A DNA stretch of 48,768 bases from Acidimicrobiia bacterium (GCA_029210695.1 JARGFH010000027.1:1-48768), one strand, 5' to 3'; counted from the stretch's first letter, positions 1 through 9,250 are shown. Numbers and translations: made by a program. The notes: generated from the sequence alone by a model not told the origin.

Positions 1-73
1 CTCCAGTGTGACCGAAAACGACCTCGAACGCGAGCACCCCCGACCCACAACCACCAACTTTTTCGGCAGCCAC

Positions 74-532
74 CTAGAAGAGGGGTTCTTCGACGTACTC
101 TTCCAGACCGGCCACCCACCCGGTGGGTAGTCCCCAGTGCCGCCCGCCTTGAACGATCAAACTCATGTAGTCCCGGGAGGGCCGGCGGTCGTTGGCAACT
201 TCGGTGGCATGGGCATGAGTTACCACCGTATGACGGCGACCTTCCCGATCCACGGCTTTGAAGTCCAGGGTCTGAATGCGGCCTTCTGCGGTCTCAGCCG
301 CGTCAATTGCTTCGAGTGCGCCGTTGGCAAGCTCGAACACGGCGCCCCAAACGGTGTTGCCTGCTTCGGCTCTCACGGAGGGCAGAGATCCCTCCCACTT
401 CCCGTTGGCGAGAGGAAAGATCAGCTTCGTCTCGGGAAGGTGGGCGATGAACTTGAACTCGGCGTCCGCGGTAACGGACTCCAGGCGCTCGGGTGCAATG
501 AGCGCCGTATACGCGAAGTACAGGGTGCTCAG
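74..532 (-). CDS. Gamma-glutamylcyclotransferase (GGCT/AIG2-like) family protein, probable CTG start
   Basis: LYFAY N-terminal strand, VWGAVFEL and C-terminal PSRDYMSLIVQGGRHWGLP match the GGCT-like pattern. SD GAGGAGG (545-539) lies 6 nt before CTG at 532. The longer ORF-track extension overlaps the DUF3179 gene. Confidence 0.7.
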   Translation of the reverse strand: MSTLYFAYTALIAPERLESVTADAEFKFIAHLPETKLIFPLANGKWEGSLPSVRAEAGNTVWGAVFELANGALEAIDAAETAEGRIQTLDFKAVDREGRRHTVVTHAHATEVANDRRPSRDYMSLIVQGGRHWGLPTGWVAGLEEYVEEPLF

Positions 533-638
533 TTTGGACCTCCTCGTCTGATCTCTTCGGCCGGAACATTGTAGTGATCCCGACCAGGTTCCAGGTTGTC
601 GGGAACAATCTGCATCGGTCGACGTGTTGACGGAGTGT

Positions 639-1886
639 ATGAGGACCCAGTTTCGGAACGTCAGCGTCATTGCCGCCTTCGGTTTGGTCGTGGTCGCCTG
701 CGGTGCCGGATCCGGCGATTCGACGGTCACCTCGACGACGGCGAGGGCCCCCGTCACCACCGCAACCTCGCAAGACACAACGGTGTCTTCTGCCCAGGAT
801 TCAACATCTGTCTCAACTACCGGCGGCCCATCAGCCCTCGACGCCGCGCCCGACGGGCTGTCCGATGCAGGTTTTCCCGATCCGCTGATCGATACCGATC
901 GCTTGATCCAGGGGCAGGTTCCCGACGGCATACCGGCCATCGACGAACCTCGCTTTGTCGACGTTGCGGCGGCGGACGAGTGGATGACCGACGCGGAAGC
1001 TCTGGTCGTTCTCGACATCAATGGTGACGTGCGTGCCTACCCCGTGCAGATTCTGATCTGGCACGAGATCGTCAACGACACCGTCGGCGACGTGCCGGTG
1101 GCCATCACGTACTGCCCGCTGTGCAATTCGGCCGTTACCTACGAGCGACGAATCGACGGCCGGTCGACGACCTTCGGCACCTCGGGTTTCCTGTTCAGTT
1201 CGGCACTAGTCATGTACGACCGTGACACGGAATCACTCTGGACCCATTTCGATGGAATAGCCGTCGCTGGGGTCCGAACGGGAGCCCGGCTCGAGGCCAT
1301 TTCATCGCCATTGCTGGCGTGGGCGGACTTCAAGGTGGCGTACCCCGACGCCGCCGTCCTGGATGTCGAGCGGACCGGACACAACCGTCCCTACGGGTCC
1401 AACCCGTATGTCGGGTACGACGACATCGTGAGCTATCCGTTCTTGTTCGACGGGGACGTCGACGACCGTGCAGCGGCGCAGCAGCGAGTGGTCGGCGTCA
1501 ACCTCGATGGTGTTGCCCGGGCCTGGACGCTGGAGGCGATAAGTGGTGATGGGCCAACTGCCACCCACGACTCGGTAGGTAACGCCCCGGTTGTCATTCT
1601 CTGGAAACCGGGCCAGTCGAGCGCTCTCGATGCATCAAGCATCGGCGGCGGTCGGGATGTCGGGAGTGTTGGCGTTTTCCGAACTGAGATCGACGGTCGG
1701 ACACTCACACTGGAAGCCAAGGACGACGGTTTCCGGGATGTCGAGACGGGGACCACATGGGATGTTCTCGGTCGAGCCGTTGCCGGCCCGCTGGTCGGAC
1801 AGAATCTGGAGCCAATCGCCCACCTCGACACCTTCTGGTTCGCCTGGTTGTCGTACAACCCGGCCACGGATTTCGTCGGTGGCTGA
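639..1886 (+). CDS. DUF3179 family lipoprotein
   Basis: Lipobox VVAC, Thr/Ser-rich linker, DGIPAIDEP, RAYP..IL.WHEIVND, TYCPLCNS, FGTSG.L..SALVMYDR.TESLW and FWFAW motifs. Confidence 0.9.
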   Translation: MRTQFRNVSVIAAFGLVVVACGAGSGDSTVTSTTARAPVTTATSQDTTVSSAQDSTSVSTTGGPSALDAAPDGLSDAGFPDPLIDTDRLIQGQVPDGIPAIDEPRFVDVAAADEWMTDAEALVVLDINGDVRAYPVQILIWHEIVNDTVGDVPVAITYCPLCNSAVTYERRIDGRSTTFGTSGFLFSSALVMYDRDTESLWTHFDGIAVAGVRTGARLEAISSPLLAWADFKVAYPDAAVLDVERTGHNRPYGSNPYVGYDDIVSYPFLFDGDVDDRAAAQQRVVGVNLDGVARAWTLEAISGDGPTATHDSVGNAPVVILWKPGQSSALDASSIGGGRDVGSVGVFRTEIDGRTLTLEAKDDGFRDVETGTTWDVLGRAVAGPLVGQNLEPIAHLDTFWFAWLSYNPATDFVGG

Positions 1887-1921
1887 CTTGATCTTCGTCG
1901 GGCGGTGCCGACAGGTACCGG

Positions 1922-2164
1922 ATGCAGGCACAAGGCTCTGTCCGGCAGTTGCGATGGTCGCAGGCGGCCGCCTGCATTGACGCTGATCCGGGACTCTTCT
2001 TTCCTGGACCCACCCGGAGCGCCGCCCCTGCGCTCCAGGTCTGTGCACAGTGCGCGGTCGAGGAGCGCTGTCTTGAGTACGCCGTCGCAATGGGCGAGCC
2101 GTACGGAATCTGGGGAGGGATGACTGCATCCCGCCGCCGAAGACTGCTCAGCCGCGGAGCATGA
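1922..2164 (+). CDS. WhiB family Fe-S transcriptional regulator
   Basis: W..AAC...DP.LFFP, C..C.V...CLEYA, GIWGGMT and a basic tail; start codon uncertain. Confidence 0.9.
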   Translation: MQAQGSVRQLRWSQAAACIDADPGLFFPGPTRSAAPALQVCAQCAVEERCLEYAVAMGEPYGIWGGMTASRRRRLLSRGA

Positions 2165-2216
2165 GACGGTCGCAGGCGCAGTAGCCTCTTTGGGTACATC
2201 TAGTCAGAGGTAACCC

Positions 2217-3404
2217 ATGAAGACGACAACGCCCGCGCCTCCCGACCCCCGTGATTTCCTCGCCATCGATGCACTGCTGTCCGACGAGGAGATCCTGTTG
2301 CGCGACACGGTGCGACGGTTCGTCGGTGACCGGATCTTGCCGGACGTCGGCGATTGGTTCGAAGCCGGTACGTTTCCATCTCGCCAGATGGCCAAGGAGA
2401 TGGGTGCGCTCGGGCTATTCGGCATGCACCTCGAGGGATATGGCTGTGCAGGGACATCGGCAACGGAGTACGGCCTGGCGTGCCTGGAGCTGGAGGCCGG
2501 TGACAGCGGGGCGAGGAGTTTCGTGTCCGTGCAGGGCTCCCTGGCCATGTTTCCAATTTGGGCATACGGATCTGAAGAGCAGAAGCAAGAGTGGCTTCCC
2601 GGCATGGCCGCCGGCGAAACGATCGGCTGTTTTGGCCTGACCGAACCTGATTCGGGCAGCGATCCAGCCTCGATGCGGACTCGGGCACGTCGCGACGGCG
2701 ACGACTGGGTTCTCAACGGGACAAAGATGTGGATCACGAACGGCAGCGTTGCCGACGTTGCCATTGTTTGGGCGCAGACCGACGACGGGGTGAGGGGATT
2801 CATCGTGCCCACCAATCGGGCCGGATTCTCGACGCAGGACATCCACAAGAAGGTCTCGCTGCGGGCATCGATCACGTCTGAACTGATCCTCGACGATGTG
2901 CGCTTGCCCGGCGACGCGGTTCTGCCGGGGGTCAAGGGGATGAAAGGGCCGCTGTCGTGCTTGAACGAGGCCCGCTTCGGGATTCTGTTCGGTGCCATGG
3001 GGGCGGCTCGGGCCTGCTACGAATCCGCGCTGGATTACTCGCTCGCACGAACCCAGTTCGACGTTCCGATCGCGTCGTTCCAACTGACCCAGAAGAAGCT
3101 CGCCGAGATGGCGGTGGCAGTGAACCGTGGCACGCTGCTGGCGCTCCACCTCGGACGAATGAAGGACTCCGGGACCCTCCGTCACGAGCACGTCAGCTTC
3201 GGCAAGTTCGATAATGTCCGGATGGCGCTCGATGTGGCCAGAACGGCGAGAGGCGTGCTTGGTGCCAACGGCATCACCCTCGAGTACCCGGTCATCCGGC
3301 ACATGAACAACCTCGAGTCGGTGTACACCTATGAAGGAACGAACGAGATCCACACGCTCGTCATCGGCGGCGCCCTCACCGGGATTCAGGCGTTCAGAAC
3401 CTAG
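2217..3404 (+). CDS. gcdH: Glutaryl-CoA dehydrogenase-type acyl-CoA dehydrogenase
   Basis: DSG.RSFVSVQGSL.MFPI, GCFGLTEPD.GSDP, GPLSCLNEAR and RHMNNLESVYTYEGT are typical of the GcdH subfamily. Confidence 0.85.
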   Translation: MKTTTPAPPDPRDFLAIDALLSDEEILLRDTVRRFVGDRILPDVGDWFEAGTFPSRQMAKEMGALGLFGMHLEGYGCAGTSATEYGLACLELEAGDSGARSFVSVQGSLAMFPIWAYGSEEQKQEWLPGMAAGETIGCFGLTEPDSGSDPASMRTRARRDGDDWVLNGTKMWITNGSVADVAIVWAQTDDGVRGFIVPTNRAGFSTQDIHKKVSLRASITSELILDDVRLPGDAVLPGVKGMKGPLSCLNEARFGILFGAMGAARACYESALDYSLARTQFDVPIASFQLTQKKLAEMAVAVNRGTLLALHLGRMKDSGTLRHEHVSFGKFDNVRMALDVARTARGVLGANGITLEYPVIRHMNNLESVYTYEGTNEIHTLVIGGALTGIQAFRT

Positions 3405-3531
3405 CCGGTCCGGGGGGTCCCAAGGGCCGCCCGGGATACGTGTTTCAGCCCGACCGGCGCTGCTTTGCCGCCTGGGCGACCCGCTCTCCGTAGTCGGGGT
3501 CTGCTGCGCCGGTCCTACACTGTCCCTCTCC

Positions 3532-4566
3532 ATGACTGCAGCACCGTTCTCCTGGCCCGATACGCTCGGTCGAATCACCGCCGGCGAAGACCTCGACCGA
3601 GTGACAGCCCATGCGGCAATGTCCGAGGTCATGCACGGTCGAGCAACTCAGGCCCAGATCAGTGCCTTCATCGTCTCGCTACGAATGAAGGGGGAATCTG
3701 CGGAGGAGATGACCGGGTTTGTCGAGGCGATGCGCGAAGTAGCCGTCACAGTGGATGTGGGCGTTCCGGTGGTCGACACCGTCGGGACGGGAGGTGATCG
3801 ATCGGGCACTTTCAATATCTCGACAACAGCCGGTCTGATTGCGGCCGGAGCGGGAGTTTCCGTTGCCAAGCACGGCAATCGTTCTTCGTCGTCGCAGTGT
3901 GGTTCTGCCGACGTTCTCGAGGCTCTCGGAGTCCAGATCGATCTCGACCCCGAAGCCACGGCCACGCTGGTTCGCGAGGAGCGCTTCGGCTTCTTCTTTG
4001 CTCCGCTCTATCACCCCTCCATGCGCCATGCCGGTCCGGTTCGTAGGGAACTCGGCATCCCGACCGTATTCAATTTCCTCGGTCCGCTGGCGAATCCGGC
4101 CGGAGCAACACGCCAGGCCGTCGGAGTGTCCGACGCCCGCATGGCCGGGAAAATGATCGGAGTGCTCAACAACCTCGGGTCGGATTACGCGTTCGTGTTC
4201 TACGGCGAAGACGGTCTGGACGAGCTGACCACTACCGGACCTTCATTCATCTACCGGCTGCGAAACGGCGAGATCACCCATGCCGAGTTCACTCCAGAGG
4301 ATTTCGGGGTCCCCCGGGCTAATCCCGCAGATCTACTCGGAGGCGACGCCGACCAAAACGCCAGGATCACCCGCGGAATTCTGGAGGGTGCGCCCGGACC
4401 GGCGCGCGACATCGCCCTAGTGAATGCTGCTCCGGCGATCGTGATCGCAGGCTTCGCGCAGGGTTTTGAAGAGGCGACCGCGGTCGCCGCCCAGTCGATC
4501 GATTCCGGCGCGGCCGTAGGAGTGCTCGATCGGGTGATCCGGCGTAGCCGGGAGTTGAAACGGTGA
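3532..4566 (+). CDS. trpD: Anthranilate phosphoribosyltransferase
   Basis: DTVGTGGD..GTFNIST, AKHGNRS.SS.CGSADVLEALG, TVFNFLGPLANP, DGLDEL. Confidence 0.95.
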   Translation: MTAAPFSWPDTLGRITAGEDLDRVTAHAAMSEVMHGRATQAQISAFIVSLRMKGESAEEMTGFVEAMREVAVTVDVGVPVVDTVGTGGDRSGTFNISTTAGLIAAGAGVSVAKHGNRSSSSQCGSADVLEALGVQIDLDPEATATLVREERFGFFFAPLYHPSMRHAGPVRRELGIPTVFNFLGPLANPAGATRQAVGVSDARMAGKMIGVLNNLGSDYAFVFYGEDGLDELTTTGPSFIYRLRNGEITHAEFTPEDFGVPRANPADLLGGDADQNARITRGILEGAPGPARDIALVNAAPAIVIAGFAQGFEEATAVAAQSIDSGAAVGVLDRVIRRSRELKR

Positions 4567-4641
4567 GCCGATCTCCGGCTACTTTGGGCGGCGATGCCTT
4601 CCATCCGGCGAGCGGACCGACCTGCGTGGATTGACGATCAC

Positions 4642-5076
4642 ATGGTGCACCTCTCGTCGGATGAACTCATCGGCGCTCTTCGGGATCAGGGACTCCGAGT
4701 TACGGCCGCACGGCGAGCCATTTGTCGGGTGCTGGCCGAGAGTCACGAGGATCACCTGTCCGCCGTCGATATCCGGAGCCGAGCTGCGCGCCGGGCCGGA
4801 ATCGAGATCAATCAGTCGACGGTGTATCGCACACTCGACGTGTTCGAGGGCCTCGGCTGGCTGCACCACGTCCACCTTGGCCACGGACCCGGAATCATCC
4901 ATGTCACCGAGCGGACCGATCATCACCATCTCGTCTGTGAATCGTGCGGGCTGTCCGTTGACGTTCCACTGGCGGAACTCGATCAGGTATTCGCAGTCGT
5001 GACCGAACGGCACGGCTTTGCCCCCACCTCAGTGCATTTCGCGCTGGTGGGCACGTGCAAGGCCTGTGCCGACTAA
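4642..5076 (+). CDS. nur: Fur-family regulator, Nur (nickel uptake regulator)-like
   Basis: STVYRTL helix, HHHLVCESC and CKAC. HVHLGHG and the C-terminal HFA match the Ni-site histidines of Streptomyces Nur. It lies next to a Ni-ECF operon with a Nur box. Start at 4642 or 4594. Confidence 0.8.
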   Translation: MVHLSSDELIGALRDQGLRVTAARRAICRVLAESHEDHLSAVDIRSRAARRAGIEINQSTVYRTLDVFEGLGWLHHVHLGHGPGIIHVTERTDHHHLVCESCGLSVDVPLAELDQVFAVVTERHGFAPTSVHFALVGTCKACAD

Positions 5077-5102
5077 ACGTGAGCCTGTTCTAAACTACGG
5101 AA

Positions 5103-5735
5103 ATGCGCCTACTTGCCGCCCTCTTCGTGGTTCTTGCCCTTGTTCTGGCGGCCTGCGGCGGCGCGGCGACCACGACTACGATCGAGGCGGGCAATGCTCC
5201 CGCTCCCACCGATCCGGGTTCGACCGTCGCCGGCCCCGATGACTCCGTGACTCCCGACGATGGTGATGCTTCTACCCCGGCTGACACCGAAGCACCCCCT
5301 CCGATCGCTACCGACTTCGACGGCCCCGTTGCAGCAGATTTCACGATCGACCTCAATAAGACGGGAACCTTCACGCTGAGTGATGAGGCCCGTCCGGTGT
5401 ACCTCGTGTTCTGGGCTGAGTGGTGATCGACCTGTCGACGGGAGTTGCCCGTCGTTGATGCGATTGCCAAGGAATACGGGGACGACATCGCCTTTGTGGC
5501 CATTGCCTGGAAAGGTACCTACGAAGACACCGCGGCGCAGGCCGCCAATCTCATGCAGTCCGGCATGATGGATTGGGCGCTGGACGACGACGCTGAGATC
5601 TTCAGCCTGTACGGGGTGCCGTATCAGCCGGTCTCGTTCCTGATCACCGGTGACGACAAGGTTTTCGACACGTGGCCGGGAGTTCGAGACGAAGCGGCCA
5701 TCCGCCGGGCGCTGGATTCGCTGCTCGATCTCTGA
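5103..5735 (+). CDS. Thioredoxin-fold (TlpA/ResA-like) lipoprotein, predicted selenoprotein with a UxxC active site
   Basis: ORFs 5103-5426 and 5445-5735 are in one frame separated only by TGA 5424-5426, reading VYLVFWAEW-U-STC-RRELP. Lipobox LAAC, cis-Pro loop YGVPYQP and a SECIS-like hairpin right after the TGA. Confidence 0.88.
5426..5459 (+). promoter_or_regulatory. Putative bacterial SECIS element
   Basis: Perfect stem CGACGGG(5436-5442)/CCCGTCG(5448-5454) with loop AGTTG that starts after a 16-nt spacer from the UGA. Possible lower stem ATCGA/TTGAT. Confidence 0.75.
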
Positions 5736-5745
5736 GCGGCTTGAA

Positions 5746-5770
5746 GTTCTAGGTTTTGGGTTCTAGGTTC
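5746..5770. repeat. Heptamer (GGTTCTA-like) short tandem repeat
   Basis: GTTCTAGGTTTTGGGTTCTAGGTTC is 24/25 identical to the reverse complement of 31448-31472. Confidence 0.75.
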
Positions 5771-5804
5771 TACCGCGCCTGGCGGCTGTGGCTAGGTTCA
5801 CGAC

Positions 5805-6332
5805 ATGAATCCCTCTCAGCACACTTCTCTGGATCCACTTCCGGAAGAGCAATGGGATCCGCGACTCGATTCCGTTTTGGATCGGCTTGGGACCGTTCTC
5901 AACGTGCATCGGGTCATGGCCCGTCACCCTGATCTCATGGAAGCCTGGACCCCGCTCCGGCAGCACATCGCCACGGCAGGGTCGCTCGCCCCTCGCCATC
6001 GAGAGCTGGTGATCCTTAGGATTGCGCACCGTTTCGGCGTTGAGTATGAGTGGCACCATCACGTCGCCAGGGGGCGGGTAGTCGGCCTGAGTGACGAAGA
6101 GATCGAAGCCGTTCGACTCGGCCCGGGCGGCGAATGGAGCGACGACGACGCAACGCTCCTCGGCGCCGTGGACGAACTCCTCGACTCGCACTCTCTCTCT
6201 GATGCGAGTCGGACGTCCCTTGAAACGGAGTTCTCTGTGGAGCAGATACTCGACCTCATTGTCACGATCGGGATGTACGTCACGCTGGCGATGCTCATCA
6301 ACACGGCCGGGATCGAGATAGAGGACAACTAG
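5805..6332 (+). CDS. Carboxymuconolactone decarboxylase/AhpD-like family protein
   Basis: MARHPDL, L.PRHRELVILRIA, EYEWHHH, GLSDEEI and AVDEL motifs. Confidence 0.85.
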   Translation: MNPSQHTSLDPLPEEQWDPRLDSVLDRLGTVLNVHRVMARHPDLMEAWTPLRQHIATAGSLAPRHRELVILRIAHRFGVEYEWHHHVARGRVVGLSDEEIEAVRLGPGGEWSDDDATLLGAVDELLDSHSLSDASRTSLETEFSVEQILDLIVTIGMYVTLAMLINTAGIEIEDN

Positions 6333-6355
6333 CACTCGGGAGTCCCACTCAAACC

Positions 6356-6376
6356 TATACTGCAAGTGACTTGCAA
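6356..6376 (+). promoter_or_regulatory. Nur box overlapping a candidate -10 element of nikMN-Q-O
   Basis: cTGCAA-GTGAC-TTGCAA (6360-6376; perfect 7-1-7 palindrome TGCAAGT-G-ACTTGCA) fits the Streptomyces Nur consensus tTGCaa-N5-ttGCAA. TATACT lies at 6356-6361. Confidence 0.75.
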
Positions 6377-6391
6377 TAAGGTTGGTCCGAC

Positions 6392-7381
6392 ATGCACATT
6401 CCCGATGGGTTTATCAACGGTGTGACGTCGCTGGGGGCCGGTGTCGTTGCAGTGTCGGGACTGGGGGCCAGCCTTCGCCGGGCCGGGAAGGAGCTTCAGG
6501 ATCGTCAGATCCCCCTGGCCGGGCTCATTGCGGCCTTTGTTTTCGTTCTCCAGATGCTCAACTTCCCCGTCGTCGCCGGGATGAGCGGACACCTCCTTGG
6601 AGGTGCGCTGGCGGCCATTCTCATCGGTCCCTGGATGGGGATGGTCGTCGTGTCGGTGGTCGTGATCGTTCAGGCGTTGCTGTTTGCAGATGGAGGGATT
6701 TCGGCGCTCGGGCTCAACATCGTCAACATGGGGCTTCTGACGGTGCTGAGCGGCTGGCTGGCGTACCGGTTACTCATGGCGGTGCTGCCGAAGAAGGCAG
6801 GCTCAGTTCTTCTGGCGGGGTCGTTGGCGGCATGGTTCTCAGTGGTGGTCTCCTCTCTTGGATTCGTGGGGGAGTACGCAATTGGCGGCGCTGGGGGCGC
6901 TCCGTTGTCGACGGTGCTGGCGGCGATGTCGGGGACCCATTCGCTCATCGGGATTGGTGAGGGCTTGATCACCGCCGGCGTGCTCGGCTCGGTCCTGGCA
7001 GTCCGGCCCGATCTCGTGCACGGAGCGCGGCTCTTCGGTATCCGGCACGCCGAAAACGCCGAGCTGAGCCGGCGGGCGGTCGGCGCCTTCATCGCAGGGG
7101 GAGTAGCCGTGGCGATCCTTCTGGTGACCGTGGTTGCGCCACGGGCTTCCAGCGATCCAGATGGTCTGGAACGAGTGGCCATCGATCAGGGATTTGCGGA
7201 AACAGCCACAGAACAACCGCTCGGTGACACGCCGCTTTCGGAGTACAGGCTGGTCGGCGTCGAAGATGAGCAGCTCGGCACCGTCGTAGCCGGGCTCATC
7301 GGCCTTGGGGTCACGTTCGTTGCCGGTGTCGGTCTCGTTCTGCTGGCGAGGCGAAGCCGGGGTCGTGTCGATAGCCGATGA
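6392..7381 (+). CDS. nikMN: Ni/Co ECF transporter substrate component NikMN (CbiM family fused to a PDGLE domain)
   Basis: N-terminal MHIPDG metal-binding motif, QMLNFP, SGHLLGG, QALLFADGG and C-terminal PDGLE. Confidence 0.9.
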   Translation: MHIPDGFINGVTSLGAGVVAVSGLGASLRRAGKELQDRQIPLAGLIAAFVFVLQMLNFPVVAGMSGHLLGGALAAILIGPWMGMVVVSVVVIVQALLFADGGISALGLNIVNMGLLTVLSGWLAYRLLMAVLPKKAGSVLLAGSLAAWFSVVVSSLGFVGEYAIGGAGGAPLSTVLAAMSGTHSLIGIGEGLITAGVLGSVLAVRPDLVHGARLFGIRHAENAELSRRAVGAFIAGGVAVAILLVTVVAPRASSDPDGLERVAIDQGFAETATEQPLGDTPLSEYRLVGVEDEQLGTVVAGLIGLGVTFVAGVGLVLLARRSRGRVDSR

Positions 7382-8139
7382 GCGGGACGCACACCCACGC
7401 GCTCTTCGTTCATGGGCACAGTCACCTGCACCGACTTCCTGCCTCGACCAAACTCGGTGCACTCGGTCTCTTTGTGCTGGCCGTCGTCGTTACACCGCGG
7501 GAGGCGTTCTGGGCGTTCGGCGTTCATGCCGGGTTGATCCTGAGCGCCATGTGGTTGGCAGGGTTGAAACCTAGATTCGTGGCAAAACGCCTGGTCATAG
7601 AGGTCCCATTCGTGCTGTTTGCCGTGTTTCTCCCCTTTGTCGGCGGAGGCGACCAGTTGGACATCATGGGACTGTCGCTGTCCATCGAGGGCCTTTGGGC
7701 AGGCTGGAACATCGTTGCCAAGGGAACTCTCGGCCTGGCTGCATCCATCGTGTTGACCGCCACCACGACGGTCCCCGACCTCCTTTCCGGTCTCGAGCGG
7801 CTCCGGGTACCCCGGCTCATCACCTCGATCGCCGGGTTCATGGTGCGATACCTCGATGTCATCGCAGGGGAGATGCACCGGATGCGGCTGGCAATGCTGT
7901 CGCGCGGCCACGACCCGCGCTGGATCTGGCAAGCGAGGGCGTATGCGACCTCGGCCGGTGCCTTGTTCATTCGTTCGTATGAGCGAGGCGAGCGGGTCTA
8001 CTACGCGATGACCGCCCGTGGGTTCGCCGGTCAAATTCCTACTTTCGACACCGAGCGTGCCACCGGGACCGACTGGCTGGGTGCCCTCCTCCTGCCTGCC
8101 GTCGCCTGGACTGCAACCCTGGTGGCGTTGTTCGCATGA
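7378..8139 (+). CDS. nikQ: ECF transporter T component (CbiQ/NikQ)
   Basis: His-rich N-terminus, FMVRYL, LFIRSYERGERVYYAM.ARGF. Confidence 0.92.
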   Translation: MSGTHTHALFVHGHSHLHRLPASTKLGALGLFVLAVVVTPREAFWAFGVHAGLILSAMWLAGLKPRFVAKRLVIEVPFVLFAVFLPFVGGGDQLDIMGLSLSIEGLWAGWNIVAKGTLGLAASIVLTATTTVPDLLSGLERLRVPRLITSIAGFMVRYLDVIAGEMHRMRLAMLSRGHDPRWIWQARAYATSAGALFIRSYERGERVYYAMTARGFAGQIPTFDTERATGTDWLGALLLPAVAWTATLVALFA

Positions 8140-8879
8140 GTGTCCCTGCGCTCGAAGTCGTCGACCTCAACTACCACTATCCAGATGGGACCGAGGTGCT
8201 CCGCAGTGTCGGGTTCCACATCCATCCGGGGGAGCGGGTTGCGTTGCTCGGCCCCAACGGAGCGGGCAAGACAACCCTGGTCTTTCATCTGAACGGCATC
8301 TTCCGGCCAGACTCAGGATCCGTGACGGTGGCCGGTTTGCCCCTCGATGACGAGCACGTCAAGGAAGTCAGGAGACGGGTCGGTATCGTCTTCCAGGACC
8401 CCGACGACCAACTCTTCATGCCGACCGTTCGCCAGGATGTCGCCTTCGGTCCGGCGAACTACGGAGTTGAAGGGGAGGAATTGCAGACCAGGGTGAATGA
8501 TGCTCTCTCGGCAGTCGGAATGCTCGACGTGGCAGGTCGACCGCCTCATCATCTCAGCGTCGGTCAACGCCGTCGGGTGGCGGTTGCGACGGTGCTGGCC
8601 ATGCAGCCGGAGATCGTGGTGCTGGACGAACCATCTTCGAATCTCGATCCCGCCTCCCGGCGAGAGCTCGCCAACATCCTCACCTCGCTGGACATCACCA
8701 TGCTGATGGTGACGCACGACCTGCCCTACGCACTCGAGTTGTGCCCGCGCTCCCTGGTCATGAACGATGGCAGGATCATCGCGGACGGGTCGACCCGTCA
8801 GATCCTCTCCAACCGGGAGCTGATGAAGGCAAACCGACTCGAGCTTCCTCTCGGTTTCGACCCGAATTTCGCTCTCTGA
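8136..8879 (+). CDS. nikO: ECF transporter ATPase (CbiO/NikO)
   Basis: [41 protein letters not shown]. Confidence 0.93.
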   Translation: MSVPALEVVDLNYHYPDGTEVLRSVGFHIHPGERVALLGPNGAGKTTLVFHLNGIFRPDSGSVTVAGLPLDDEHVKEVRRRVGIVFQDPDDQLFMPTVRQDVAFGPANYGVEGEELQTRVNDALSAVGMLDVAGRPPHHLSVGQRRRVAVATVLAMQPEIVVLDEPSSNLDPASRRELANILTSLDITMLMVTHDLPYALELCPRSLVMNDGRIIADGSTRQILSNRELMKANRLELPLGFDPNFAL

Positions 8880-8932
8880 CTCCCTGCGGCACACTCCCTG
8901 AGTCCCGCCTGATCAGAAAAGGTTGTCTCCGC

Positions 8933-9091
8933 TTATGGGGGCAACTCGGCATCGTGGCAGCCCCTCCGATCTTCGGGTTGTTGCTCGACGTGACGGGGGG
9001 TTACGTCGTTCCGTGGCTGGTCGTCGGTGGGTTCCTGCTGTTGGTCGCAGTTCGCGTTGGTCGAGCGGCCCGACCTCATGAGGACATGTGA
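8933..9091 (+). pseudogene. Remnant C-terminal two helices of an MFS transporter
   Basis: GQLGIVAAPPIFGLLLDVTGGYVVPWLVVGGFLLL resembles MFS TM11-loop-TM12. There is no room for an N-terminal part or a credible start. Confidence 0.6.
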
Positions 9092-9250
9092 CGTTTTGCC
9101 CTACCACCGACCGGGGCCCTGACATAATCTGCAGGAAGTCGAACAGGCGTCAGGCATGTGACCTTGTTGTGCTGATCACTCGATCCGATTCACATATCTG
9201 CTCGGCTATCCGTCTCAATCCTGGCGACTTCGCCTACAACGGAGGGATAC

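Noticed and set aside
639..1886. DUF3179 protein as a second selenoprotein
   Set aside because: Its CPLC motif uses Cys codons, and the terminal TGA follows the normal family C-terminus
5103..5735. Two separate small genes or a nonsense pseudogene
   Set aside because: The stop is TGA exactly at the catalytic Cys position with a SECIS-like hairpin, and both halves are otherwise intact
6333..6391. Cobalamin riboswitch ahead of a cbiM-like gene
   Set aside because: The intergenic region is only ~60 nt with no B12 box; a Nur-type palindrome is present instead
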